Shown in pieces: positions 1-11,167 of a DNA stretch of 64,000 nucleotides (position 1 is its first letter; every line of letters starts with the position of its first letter). Source of the stretch: the human T2T-CHM13v2.0 reference genome, Homo sapiens; NCBI RefSeq assembly GCF_009914755.1, contig NC_060926.1. One strand, written 5' to 3'. The translations under genes were made by a program, and so were the position numbers. The notes under the pieces were generated by a model. It had not been told where the DNA came from and made no database searches. It saw only the letters and a list, made by a program, of their open reading frames with translations.

Positions 1-272
1 TTTCAATTAAAGTCACAGTGTTGAACAGTCCCTTTCATAGAGCAGGTTTGAAACACTCTTTTTGTAGTATCTGGAAGTGGACATTTGGAGAGATCTCAGG
101 AATACGGTGATAAAGGAAATATCTTCCAATAAAAGCTAGATAGAAGCAATGTCAGAAACTTTTTCATGATGTATCTACTCAGCTAACAGAGTTGAACCTT
201 TCTTTTGAGAGAGCAGTTTTGAAACACTCTTTTTGTGGAATCTGCAAGTGGATATTTGTCTAGATTTGAGGA

Positions 273-289
273 TTTCGTTGGAAACGGGA
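273..289 (+). promoter_or_regulatory. CENP-B box (first of about 188 box positions in the window, one per dimer)
   Basis: TTTCGTTGGAAACGGGA matches the 17-bp CENP-B box with all essential bases (NTTCGNNNNANNCGGGN). Next box positions: 611, 949 (mutated), 1289, 1627, 1969. Confidence 0.97.
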
Positions 290-439
290 TTACATATAAA
301 AAGCAGACAGCAGCATTCCCAGTAACTTCTTTGTGATGTTTGCATTCAAGTCACAGAGTTGAACATTCCCTTTCATAGAGCAGGTTTGAAACACTTTTTT
401 TGTAGTATCTGGATGTGTACATTTGGAGCGCTTTCAGGC

Positions 440-456
440 CTATGGTGAAAAAGGAA
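440..456 (+). promoter_or_regulatory. pJalpha-type box at the equivalent position in the alternate (non-CENP-B) monomers; representative copy
   Basis: CTATGGTGAAAAAGGAA lies roughly midway between CENP-B boxes. Variants seen: CTAAGGTG, CTGCGGTG, ATACGGTGATAAAGG, CTATGGTTTAAAAGG, CTGCGTTG. Confidence 0.8.
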
Positions 457-3019
457 ATATCTTCCAATAAAAGCTACATAGAAGCAATGTCAGAAACTTT
501 TTCATGATGTATCTACTCAGCTAACAGAGTTGAACCTTTCTTTTGAGAGAGCAGTTTTGAAACACTCTTTTTGTGGAATCTGGAAGTGGATATTTGTCTA
601 GCTTTGAGGATTTCGTTGGAAACGGGATTACATATAAAAAGCAGACAGCAGCATTCCCAGTAACTTCTTTGTGATGTTTGCATTCAAGTCACAGAGTTGA
701 ACATTCCCTTTCATAGAGCAGGTTTGAAACACTCTTTTTGTAGTATCTGGATGTGGACATTTGGAGCGCTTTCAGGCCTATGGTGAAAAAGGAAATATCT
801 TCCCAAGAAAACTAGACAAAAGCATTCTCAGAATCTTATTTGTGATGTGCGCCCTCAACTAACAGTGTTGAAGCTTTCTTTTGATAGAGCAGTTTTGAAA
901 CACTCTTTTCGTAAAATCTGCAAGAGGATATTTTGATAGCTTTGAGGATTACGTTGGAAACGGGATTGTCTTCATATAAACTCTAGACAGAAGCATTCTC
1001 AGAAGCTTCATTGGGATGTTTCAATTAAAGTCACAGTGTTGAACAGTCCCATTCATAGAGCAGGTTTGAAACACTCTTTTTGTAGTATCTGGAAGTGGAC
1101 ATTTGGAGCGCTCTCAGGACTGCGGTGAAAAAGGAAATATCTTCCAATAAAAGCTAGATAGAAGCAATGTCAGAAACTTTTTCATGATGTATCTACTCAG
1201 CTAACAGAGATGAACCTTCCTTTGAGAGAGCAGTTTTGAAACACTCTTTTTGTGGAATCTGCAAGTGGATATTTGTTTGCTTTGAGGATTTCGTTGGAAA
1301 CGGGATTAATTATAAAAAGCAGACAGCAGCATTCCCAGAAACTTCTTTGTGTTGTTTGCATTCAAGTCACAGAGTTTAACATTCCCTTTCATAGAGCAGG
1401 TTTGAAACACTCTTTTTGTAGTATCTGGATGTGGACATTTGCAGCGCTTTCAGGCCTAAGGTGAAAAAGGAAATATCTTCCCCTGAAAACTAGACAGAAG
1501 CATTCTCAGAAACTTATTTGTGATGTGCGCCCTCAACTAACAGTGTTGAAGCTTTCTTTTGATAGAGCAGTTTTGAAACACTCTTTTTGTAATATCTGCA
1601 AGAGGATATTTGGATAGCTTTGAGGATTTCGTTGGAAACGGGATTGTCTTCATATATACTCTAGACAGAAGCATTCTCAGAAGCTACATTGGGATGTTTC
1701 AATTGAAGTTACAGTGTTGAACAGTCCCTTTCATAGAGCAGGTTTGAAACACTCTTTTTGTAGTATCTGGATGTGGACATTTGGAGCGCTTTCAGGCCTA
1801 TGGTTTAAAAGGAAATATCTTCCCCTGAAAACTAGACAGAAGCATTCTCAGAAACTTATTTGTGATGTGCTCCCTCAACTAACAGTGTTGAAGCATTCTT
1901 TTGATAGAGCAGTTTTGAAACACTCTTTTTGTGGAATGTGCAAGTGGATATTTGTCTAGCTTTGAGGATTTCGTTGGAAACGGGATTACATATAAAAAGC
2001 AGACAGCAGCATTCCCAGAAACTTCTTTGTGATGTTTGCATTCACGTCACAGAGTTGAACATTCCCTTTCATAGAGCAGGTTTGAAACACTCTTTTTGTA
2101 GTATCTGGATGTGGACATTTGGAGCGCTTTCAGGCCTATGGTGAAAAAGGAAATATCTTCTCCTGAAAACTAGACAGAAGCATTCTCAGAATCTTATTTG
2201 TGATGTGCGCCCTCAACTAACAGTGTTGAAGCTTTCTTTTGGTAGAGCAGTTTTGAAACACTCTTTTTGTAAAATCTGCAAGAGGATATTTGGATAGCTT
2301 TGAGGATTTCGTTGGAAACGGGATTGTCTTCATATAAACTCTAGACAGAAGCATTCTCAGAAGCATCATTGGGATGTTTCAATTGAAGTCACAGTGTTGA
2401 ACAGTCCCTTTCATAGAGCAGGTTTGAAACACTCTTTTTGTAGTATCTGGATGTGGACATTTGGAGCGCTTTCAGGCCTATGGTTTAAAAGGAAATATCT
2501 TCCCCTGAAAACTAGACAGAAGCATTCTCAGAAACTTATTTGTGATGTGCGCCCTCAACTAACAGTGTTGAAGCATTCTTTTGATAGAGCAGTGTTGAAA
2601 CACTCTTTTTGTGGAATCTGCAAGTGGATATTTGTCTAGCTTTGAGGATTTCGTTGGAAACGGGATTACATATAAAAAGCAGACAGCAGCATTCCCAGAA
2701 ACTTCTTTGTGATGTTTGCATTCAAGTCACAGAGTTGAACATTCCCTTTTATAGAACAGGTTTGAAACACTCTTTTTGTAGTATCTGGATGTGGACATTT
2801 GGAGCGCTTTCAGGCCTATGGTGAAAAAGGAAATATCTTCCCCTGAAAACTAGACAGAAGCATTCTCAGAAAGTTATTTGTGATGTGCGCCCTCAACTAA
2901 CAGTGTTGAACCTTTCTTTTGATAGAGCAGTTTTGAAACACTCTTTTTGTAATATCTGCAAGAGGATATTTGGATAGCTTTGAGGATTTCTTTGGAAACG
3001 GGATTGTCTTCATATAAAC

Positions 3020-3699
3020 TCTAGACAGAAGCATTCTGAGAAGCTTCATTGGGATGTTTCAATTGAAGTCACAGTGTTGAACAGTCCCTTTCATAGAGCA
3101 GGTTTGAAACACTCTTTTTGTAGTATCTGGAAGTGGACATTTGGAGAGATCTCAGGAATACGGTGATAAAGGAAATATCTTCCAATAAAAGCTAGATAGA
3201 AGCAATGTCAGAAACTTTTTCATGATGTATCTACTCAGCTAACAGAGTTGAACCTTTCTTTTGAGAGAGCAGTTTTGAAACACTCTTTTTGTGGAATCTG
3301 CAAGTGGATATTTGTCTAGCTTTGAGGATTTCGTTGGAAACGGGATTACATATAAAAAGCAGACAGCAGCATTCCCAGTAACATCTTTGTGGTGTTTGCA
3401 TTCAAGTCACAGAGTTGAACATTCCCTTTCATAGAGCAGGTTTGAAACACTCTTTTTGTAGTATCTGGATGTGGACATTTGGAGCGCTTTCAGGCCTATG
3501 GTGAAAAAGGAAATATCTTCCCCTGAAAACTAGACAGAAGCATTCTCAGAAACTTATTTGTGATGTGCGCCCTCAACTAACAGTGTTGAAGCTTTCTTTT
3601 GATAGAGCAGTTTTGAAACACTCTTTTCGTAAAATCTGCAAGAGGATATTTTGATAGCTTTGAGGATTACGTTGGAAACGGGATTGTCTTCATATAAAC
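3020..3699 (+). repeat. Representative canonical 4-mer HOR unit A-B-C-D (680 bp, XbaI to XbaI)
   Basis: TCTAGA at 3020 and 3700; contains the A, B, C and D monomer signatures in order. 58 of 82 anchor-to-anchor intervals are 677-680 bp. Confidence 0.95.
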
Positions 3700-5056
3700 T
3701 CTAGACAGAAGCATTCTCAGAAGCTTCATTGGGATGTTTCAATTGAAGTCACAGTGTTGAACAGTCCCTTTCATAGAGCAGGTTTGAAACACTCTTTTTG
3801 TAGTATCTGGAAGTGGACATTTGGAGCGCTCTCAGGACTGCGATGAAAAAGGAAATATCTTCCAATAAAAGCTAGATAGAAGCAATGTCAGAAAATTTTC
3901 ATGATGTATCTACTCAGCTAACAGAGTTGAACCTTCCTTTGAGAGAGCAGTTTTGAAACACTCTTTTTGTGGAATCTGCAAGTGGATATTTGTCTAGCTT
4001 TGAGGATTTCGTTGGAAACGGGTTACATGTAAAAAGCAGACAGCAGCATTCCCAGAAACTTCTTTGTGTTGTTTGCATTCAAGTCACAGAGTTTAACATT
4101 CCCTTTCATAGAGCAGGTTTGAAACACTCTTTTTCTAGTATCTGGAGGTGGACATTTGCAGCGCTTTCAGGCCTAAGGTGAAAAAGGAAATATCTTCCCC
4201 TGAAAACTAGACAGAAGCATTCTCAGAAACTTATTTGTGATGTGCGCCCTCAACTAACAGTGTTGAAGCTTTCTTTTGATAGAGCAGTTTTGAAACACTC
4301 TTTTTGTAATATCTGCAAGAGGATATTTGGATAGCTTTGAGGATTTCGTTGGAAACCGGATTGTCTTCATATAAACTCTAGACAGAAGCATTCTCAGAAG
4401 CTTCATTGGGATGTTTCAATTGAAGTTACAGTGTTGAACAGTCCCTTTCATAGAGCAGGTTTGAAACACTCTTTTTGTAGTATCTGGATGTGGACTTTTG
4501 GAGCGCTTTCAGGCCTATGGTTTAAAAGGAAATATCTTCCCCTGAAAACTAGACAGAAGCATTCTCAGAAACTTATTTGTGATGTGCTCCCTCAACTAAC
4601 AGTGTTGAAGCATTCTTTTGATAGAGCAGTTTTGAAACACTCTTTTTGTGGAATCTGCAAGTGGATATTTGTCTAGCTTTGAGGATTTCGTTGGAAACGG
4701 GATTACATATAAAAAGCAGACAGCAGCATTCCCAGTAACTTCTTCGTGGTGTTTGCATTCAAGTCACAGAGTTGAACATTCCCTTTCATAGAGCAGGTTT
4801 GAAACACTCTTTTTGTAGTATCTGGATGTGGACATTTGGAGCGCTTTCAGGCCTATGGTGAAAAAGGAAATATCTTCCCCTGAAAACTAGACAGAAGCAT
4901 TCTCAGAATCTTATTTGTGATGTGCGCCCTCAACTAACAGTGTTGAAGCTTTCTTTTGATAGAGCAGTTTTGAAACACTCTTTTTGTAAAATCTGCAAGA
5001 GGATATTTGGATAGCTTTGAGGATTTCGTTAGAAACGGGATTGTCTTCATATAAAC

Positions 5057-6074
5057 TCTAGACAGAAGCATTCTCAGAAGCTTCATTGGGATGTTTCAAT
5101 TGAAGTCACAGTGTTGAACAGTCCCTTTCATAGAGCAGGTTTGAAACACTCTTTTTGTAGTATCTGGAAGTGGACATTTGGAGAGATCTCAGGAATGCGG
5201 TGATAAAGGAAATATCTTCCAATAAAAGCTAGATAGAAGCAATGTCAGAAACTTTTTCATGATGTATCTACTCAGCTAACAGAGTTGAACCTTTCTTTTG
5301 AGAGAGCAGTTTTGAAACACTCTTTTTGTGGAATCTGCAAGTGGATATTTGTCTAGCTTTGAGGACTTCGTTGGAAACGGGATTACATATAAAAAGCAGA
5401 CAGCAGCATTCCCAGTAACTTCTTTGTGATGTTTGCATTCAAGTCACAGAGTTGAACATTCCCTTTCATAGAGCAGGTTTGAAACACTCTTTTTGTAGTA
5501 TCTGGATGTGGACATTTGGAGCGCTTTCAGGCCTAAGGTGAAAAAGGAAATATCTTCCAATAAAAGCTACATAGAAGCAATGTCAGAAACTTTTTCATGA
5601 TGTATCTACTCAGCTAACAGAGTTGAACCTTTCTTTTGAGAGAGCAGTTTTGAAACACTCTTTTTGTGGAATCTGGAAGTGGATATTTGTCTAGCTTTGA
5701 GGATTTCGTTGGAAACGGGATTACATATAAAAAGCAGACAGCAGCATTCCCAGTAACTTCTTTGTGATGTTTGCATTCAAGTCACAGAGTTGAACATTCC
5801 CTTTCATAGAGCAGGTTTGAAACACTCTTTTTGTAGTATCTGGATGTGGACATTTGGAGCGCTTTCAGGCCTATGGTGAAAAAGGAAATATCTTCCCAAG
5901 AAAACTAGACAGAAGCATTCTCAGAATCTTATTTGTGATGTGCGCCCTCAACTAACAGTGTTGAAGCTTTCTTTTGATAGAGCAGTTTTGAAACACTCTT
6001 TTCGTAAAATCTGCAAGAGGATATTTTGATAGCTTTGAGGATTACGTTGGAAACGGGATTGTCTTCATATAAAC
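5057..6074 (+). repeat. 6-mer HOR variant type X (A-B-C-B-C-D, 1018 bp); copies start at 5057, 11168, 13882, 18292, 23043, 31528, 35601, 60398, plus a partial copy at the window start
   Basis: XbaI spacing is 1018 bp. A C monomer runs directly into B (…GGAAATATCTTCC|AATAAAAGCTA). Each copy ends with a TTACG-mutated box. Confidence 0.9.
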
Positions 6075-8112
6075 TCTAGACAGAAGCATTCTCAGAAGCT
6101 TCATTGGGATGTTTCAATTAAAGTCACAGTGTTGAACAGTCCCTTTCATAGAGCAGGTTTGAAACACTCTTTTTGTAGTATCTGGAAGTGGACATTTGGA
6201 GCGCTCTCAGGACTGCGGTGAAAAAGGAAATATCTTCCAATAAAAGCTAGACAGAAGCAATGTCAGAAACTTTTTCATGATGTATCTACTCAGCTAACAG
6301 AGTTGAACTTTCCTTTGAGAGAGCAGTTTTGAAACACTCTTTTTGTAATATCTGCAAGAGGATATTTGGATAGCTTTGAGGATTTCGTTGGAAACGGGAT
6401 TAATTATAAAAAGCAGACAGCAGCATTCCCAGAATCTTGTTTGTGATGTTTGCATTCAAGTCACAGAGTTGAACATTCCCTTTCAGAGAGCAGGTTTGAA
6501 ACACTCTTTTTATAGTATCTGGATGTGGACATTTGGAGCGCTTTCAGGCCTATGGTGAAAAAGGAAATATCTTCTCCTGAAAACTAGACAGAAGCATTCT
6601 CAGAATCTTATTTGTGATGTGCTCCCTCAACTAACAGTCTTGAAGCTTTCTTTTGGTAGAGCAGTTTTGAAACACTCTTTTTGTAAAATCTGCAAGAGGA
6701 TATTTGGATAGCTTTGAGGATTTCGTTGGAAACGGGATTGTCTTCATATAAACTCTAGACAGAAGCATTCTCAGAAGCATCATTGGGATGTTTCAATTGA
6801 AGTCACAGTGTTGAACAGTCACTTTCATAGAGCAGGTTTGAAACACTCTTTTTGTAGTATCTGGATGTGGACATTTGGAGCGCTTTCAGGCCTATGGTTT
6901 AAAAGGAAATATCTTCCCCTGAAAACTAGACAGAAGCATTCTCAGAAACTTATTTGTGATGTGCGCCCTCAACTAACAGTGTTGAAGCATTCTTTTGATA
7001 GAGCAGTTTTGAAACACTCTTTTTGTGGAATCTGCAAGTGGATATTTGTCTAGCTTTGAGGATTTCGTTGGAAACGGGATTACATATAAAAAGCAGACAG
7101 CAGCATTCCCAGAAACTTCTTTGTGATGTTTGCATTCAAGTCACAGAGTTGAACATTCCCTTTTATAGAGCAGGTTTGAAACACTCTTTTTGTAGTATCT
7201 GGATGTGGACATTTGGAGCGCTTTCAGGCCTATGGTGAAAAAGGAAATATCTTCCCCTGAAAACTAGACAGAAGCATTCTCAGAAACTTATTTGTGATGT
7301 GCGCCCTCAACTAACAGTGTTGAACCTTTCTTTTGATAGAGCAGTTTTGAAACACTCTTTTTGTAATATCTGCAAGAGGATATTTGGATAGCTTTGAGGA
7401 TTTCTTTGGAAACGGGATTGTCTTCATATAAACTCTAGACAGAAGCATTCTCAGAAGCTTCATTGGGATGTTTCAATTGAAGTCACAGTGTTGAACAGTC
7501 CCTTTCATAGAGCAGGTTTGAAACACTCTTTTTGTAGTATCTGGAAGTGGACATTTGGAGAGATCTCAGGAATACGGTGATAAAGGAAATATCTTCCAAT
7601 AAAAGCTAGATAGAAGCAATGTCAGAAACTTTTTCATGATGTATCTACTCAGCTAACAGAGTTGAACCTTTCTTTTGAGAGAGCAGTTTTGAAACACTCT
7701 TTTTGTGGAATCTGCAAGTGGATATTTGTCTAGCTTTGAGGATTTCGTTGGAAACGGGTTACATATAAAAAGCAGACAGCAGCATTCCCAGAAACTTCTT
7801 TGTGTTGTTTGCATTCAAGTCACAGAGTTGAACATTCCCTTTCATAGAGCAGGTTTGAAACACTCTTTTTGTAGTATCTGGATGTGGACATTTGCAGCGC
7901 TTTCAGGCCTAAGGTGAAAAAGGAAATATCTTCCCCTGAAAACTAGACAGAAGCATTCTCAGAAACTTATTTGTGATGTGCGCCCTCAACTAACAGTGTT
8001 GAAGCTTTCTTTTGATAGAGCAGTTTTGAAACACTCTTTTTGTAATATCTGCAAGAGGATACTTGGATAGCTTTGAGGATTTCGTTGGAAACGGGATTGT
8101 CTTCATATAAAC

Positions 8113-9130
8113 TCTAGACAGAAGCATTCTCAGAAGCTTCATTGGGATGTTTCAATTGAAGTTGCAGTGTTGAACAGTCCCTTTCATAGAGCAGGTTTGA
8201 AACACTCTTTTTGTAGTATCTGGATGTGGACATTTGGAGCGCTTTCAGGCCTATGGTTTAAAAGGAAATATCTTTCCCTGAAAACTAGACAGAAGCATTC
8301 TCAGAAACTTATTTGTGATGTGCGCCCTCAACTAAGAGTGTTGAAGCATTCTTTTGATAGAGCAGTTTTGAAACACTCTTTTTGTGGAATCTGCAAGTGG
8401 ATATTTGTCTAGCTTTGAGGATTTCGTTGGAAACGGGATTACATATAAAAAGCAGACAGCAGCATTCCCAGAAACTTCTTTGTGATGTTTGCATTCACGT
8501 CACAGAGTTGAACATTCCCTTTCATAGAGCAGGTTTGAAACACTCTTTTTGTAGTATCTGGATGTGGACATTTGGAGCGCTTTCAGGCCTATGGTGAAAA
8601 AGGAAATATCTTCCCCTGAAAACTAGACAGAAGCATTCTCAGAAACTTATTTGTGATGTGCGCCCTCAACTAACAGTGTTGAAGCTTTCTTTTGATAGAG
8701 CAGTTTTGAAACACTCTTTTTGTAATATCTGCAAGAGGATATTTGGATAGCTTTGAGGATTTCGTTGGAAACGGGATTAATTATACAAAGCAGACAGCAG
8801 CATTCCCAGAATCTTGTTTGTGATGTTTGCATTCAAGTCACAGAGTTGAACATTCCCTTTCAGAGAGCAGGTTTGAAACACTCTTTTTATAGTATCTGGA
8901 GGTGGACATTTGGAGCGCTTTCAGGCCTATGGTGAAAAAGGAAATATCTTCTCCTGAAAACTAGACAGAAGCATTCTCAGAATCTTATTTGTGATGTGCG
9001 TCCTCAACTAACAGTGTTGAAGCTTTCTTTTGATAGAGCAGTTTTGAAACACTCTTTTCGTAAAATCTGCAAGAGGATATTTGGATAGCTTTGAGGATTT
9101 CGTTGGAAACGGGATTGTCTTCATATAAAC
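8113..9130 (+). repeat. 6-mer HOR variant type Z (A-hybridD/B-C-D-C'-D, 1018 bp); copies start at 8113, 12864, 15578, 17274, 22025, 26776, 29151, 33224, 37297, 42050, 58021
   Basis: XbaI spacing is 1018 bp. Markers: TGGTTTAAAAGG, CATTCACGTC, GGGATTAATTATA, AATCTTGTTTG, TTTTATAGT, TTCTCCTG. Confidence 0.9.
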
Positions 9131-11167
9131 TCTAGACAGAAGCATTCTCAGAAGCTTCATTGGGATGTTTCAATTGAAGTCACAGTGTTGAACAGTCCCT
9201 TTCATAGAGCAGGTTTGAAACACTCTTTTTGTAGTATCTGGAAGTGGACATTTGGAACGCTCTCAGGACTGCGTTGAAAAAGGAAATATCTTCCAATAAA
9301 AGCTAGATAGAAGCAATGTCAGAAACTTTTTCATGATGTATCTACTCAGCTAACAGAGTTGAACCTTCATTTGAGAGAGCAGTTTTGAAACACTCGTTTT
9401 GTGGAATCTGCAAGTGGATATTTGTCTAGCTTTGAGGATTTCGTTGGAAACGGGATTACATATAAAAAGCAGACAGCAGCATTCCCAGAAACTTCTTTGT
9501 GATGTTTGCATTCAAGTCACAGAGTTGAACATTCCCTTTCATAGAGCAGGTTTCAAACACTCTTTTTGTAGTATCTGGATGTGGACATTTGCAGCGCTTT
9601 CAGGCATAAGGTGAAAAAGGAAATATCTTCCCCTGAAAACTAGACAGAAGCATTCTCAGAAACTTATTTGTGATGTGCGCCCTCAACTAACAGTGTTGAA
9701 CCTTTCTTTTGATAGAGCAGTTTTGAAACACTCTTTTTGTAATATCTGCAAGAGGATATTTAGATAGCATTGAGGATTTCTTTGGAAACGGGATTGTCTT
9801 CATATAAACTCTAGACAGAAGCATTCTCAGAAGCTTCATTGGGATGTTTCAATTGAAGTCACAGTGTTGAACAGTCCCTTTCATAGAGCAGGTTTGAAAC
9901 ACTCTTTTTGTAGTATCTGGAAGTGGACATTTGGAGAGATCTCAGGAATACGGTGATAAAGGAAATATCTTCCAATAAAAGCTAGATAGAAGCAATGTCA
10001 GAAACTTTTTCATGATGTATCTACTCAGCTAACAGAGTTGAACCTTCCTTTGAGAGAGCAGTTTTGAAACACTCTTTTTGTGGAATCTGCAAGTGGATAT
10101 TTGTCTAGCTTTGAGGATTTCGTTGGAAACGGGTTACATATAAAAAGCAGACAGCAGCATTCCCAGAAACTTCTTTGTGTTGTTTGCATTCAAGTCACAG
10201 ACTTGAACATTCCCTTTCATAGAGCAGGTTTGAAACACTCCTTTTGTAGTATCTGGATGTGGACATTTGCAGCGCTTTCAGGCCTAAGGTGAAAAAGGAA
10301 ATATCTTCCCCTGAAAACTAGACAGAAGCATTCTCAGAAACTTATTTGTGATGTGCGCCCTCAACTAACAGTGTTGAAGCTTTCTTTTGATAGAGCAGTT
10401 TTGAAACACTCTTTTTGTAATATCTGCAAGAGGATATTTGGATAGCTTTGAGGATTTCGTTGGAAACGGGATTGTCTTCATATAAACTCTAGACAGAAGC
10501 ATTCTCAGAAGCTTCATTGGGATGTTTCAATTGAAGATACAGTGTTGAACAGTCCCTTTCATAGAGCAGGTTTGAAACACTCTTTTTGTAGTATCTGGAT
10601 GTGGACATTTGGAGCGCTTTCAGGCCTATGGTTTAAAAGGAAATATCTTCCCCTGAAAACTAGACAGAAGCATTCTCAGAAACTTATTTGTGATGTGCGC
10701 CCTCAACTAACAGTGTTGAAGCATTCTTTTGATAGAGCAGTTTTGAAACACTCTTTTTGTGGAATCTGCAAGTGGATATTTGTCTAGCTTTGAGGATTTC
10801 GTTGGAAACGGGATTACATATAAAAAGCAGACAGCAGCATTCCCAGAAACTTCTTTGTGATGTTTGCATTCACGTCACAGAGTTGAACATTCCCTTTCAT
10901 AGAGCAGGTTTGAAACACTCTTTTTGTAGTATCTGGATGTGGACATTTGGAGCGCTTTCAGGCCTATGGTGAAAAAGGAAATATCTTCCCCTGAAAACTA
11001 GACAGAAGCATTCTCAGAATCTTATTTGTGATGTGCGCCCTCAACTAACAGTGTTGAACCTTTCTTTTGATAGAGCAGTTTTGAAACACTCTTTTCGTAA
11101 AATCTGCAAGAGGATATTTGGATAGCTTTGAGGATTTCGTTGGAAACGGGATTGTCTTCATATAAAC

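Noticed and set aside
128-133. AATAAA polyadenylation-like hexamer in each B monomer and TATAAA TATA-like motifs after the boxes
   Set aside because: These are fixed parts of an AT-rich monomer. Alpha satellite can be transcribed, but nothing in the sequence supports calling promoters, terminators or an ncRNA.
989-1010. Heat-shock-element-like GAA/TTC array
   Set aside because: Spacing is mostly 3 bp rather than the 2 bp needed for a canonical nGAAn inverted array; only one proper pair is present.
4007-4030. Box variants CGGGTT (1-bp deletion after CGGG), TTCGATGG (39641, 44394, 53230, 62741), TTCGTTAG (5024) and CTTCG (5366) as CENP-B knockouts
   Set aside because: They alter only non-essential positions of NTTCGNNNNANNCGGGN, so I did not count them as inactivated.
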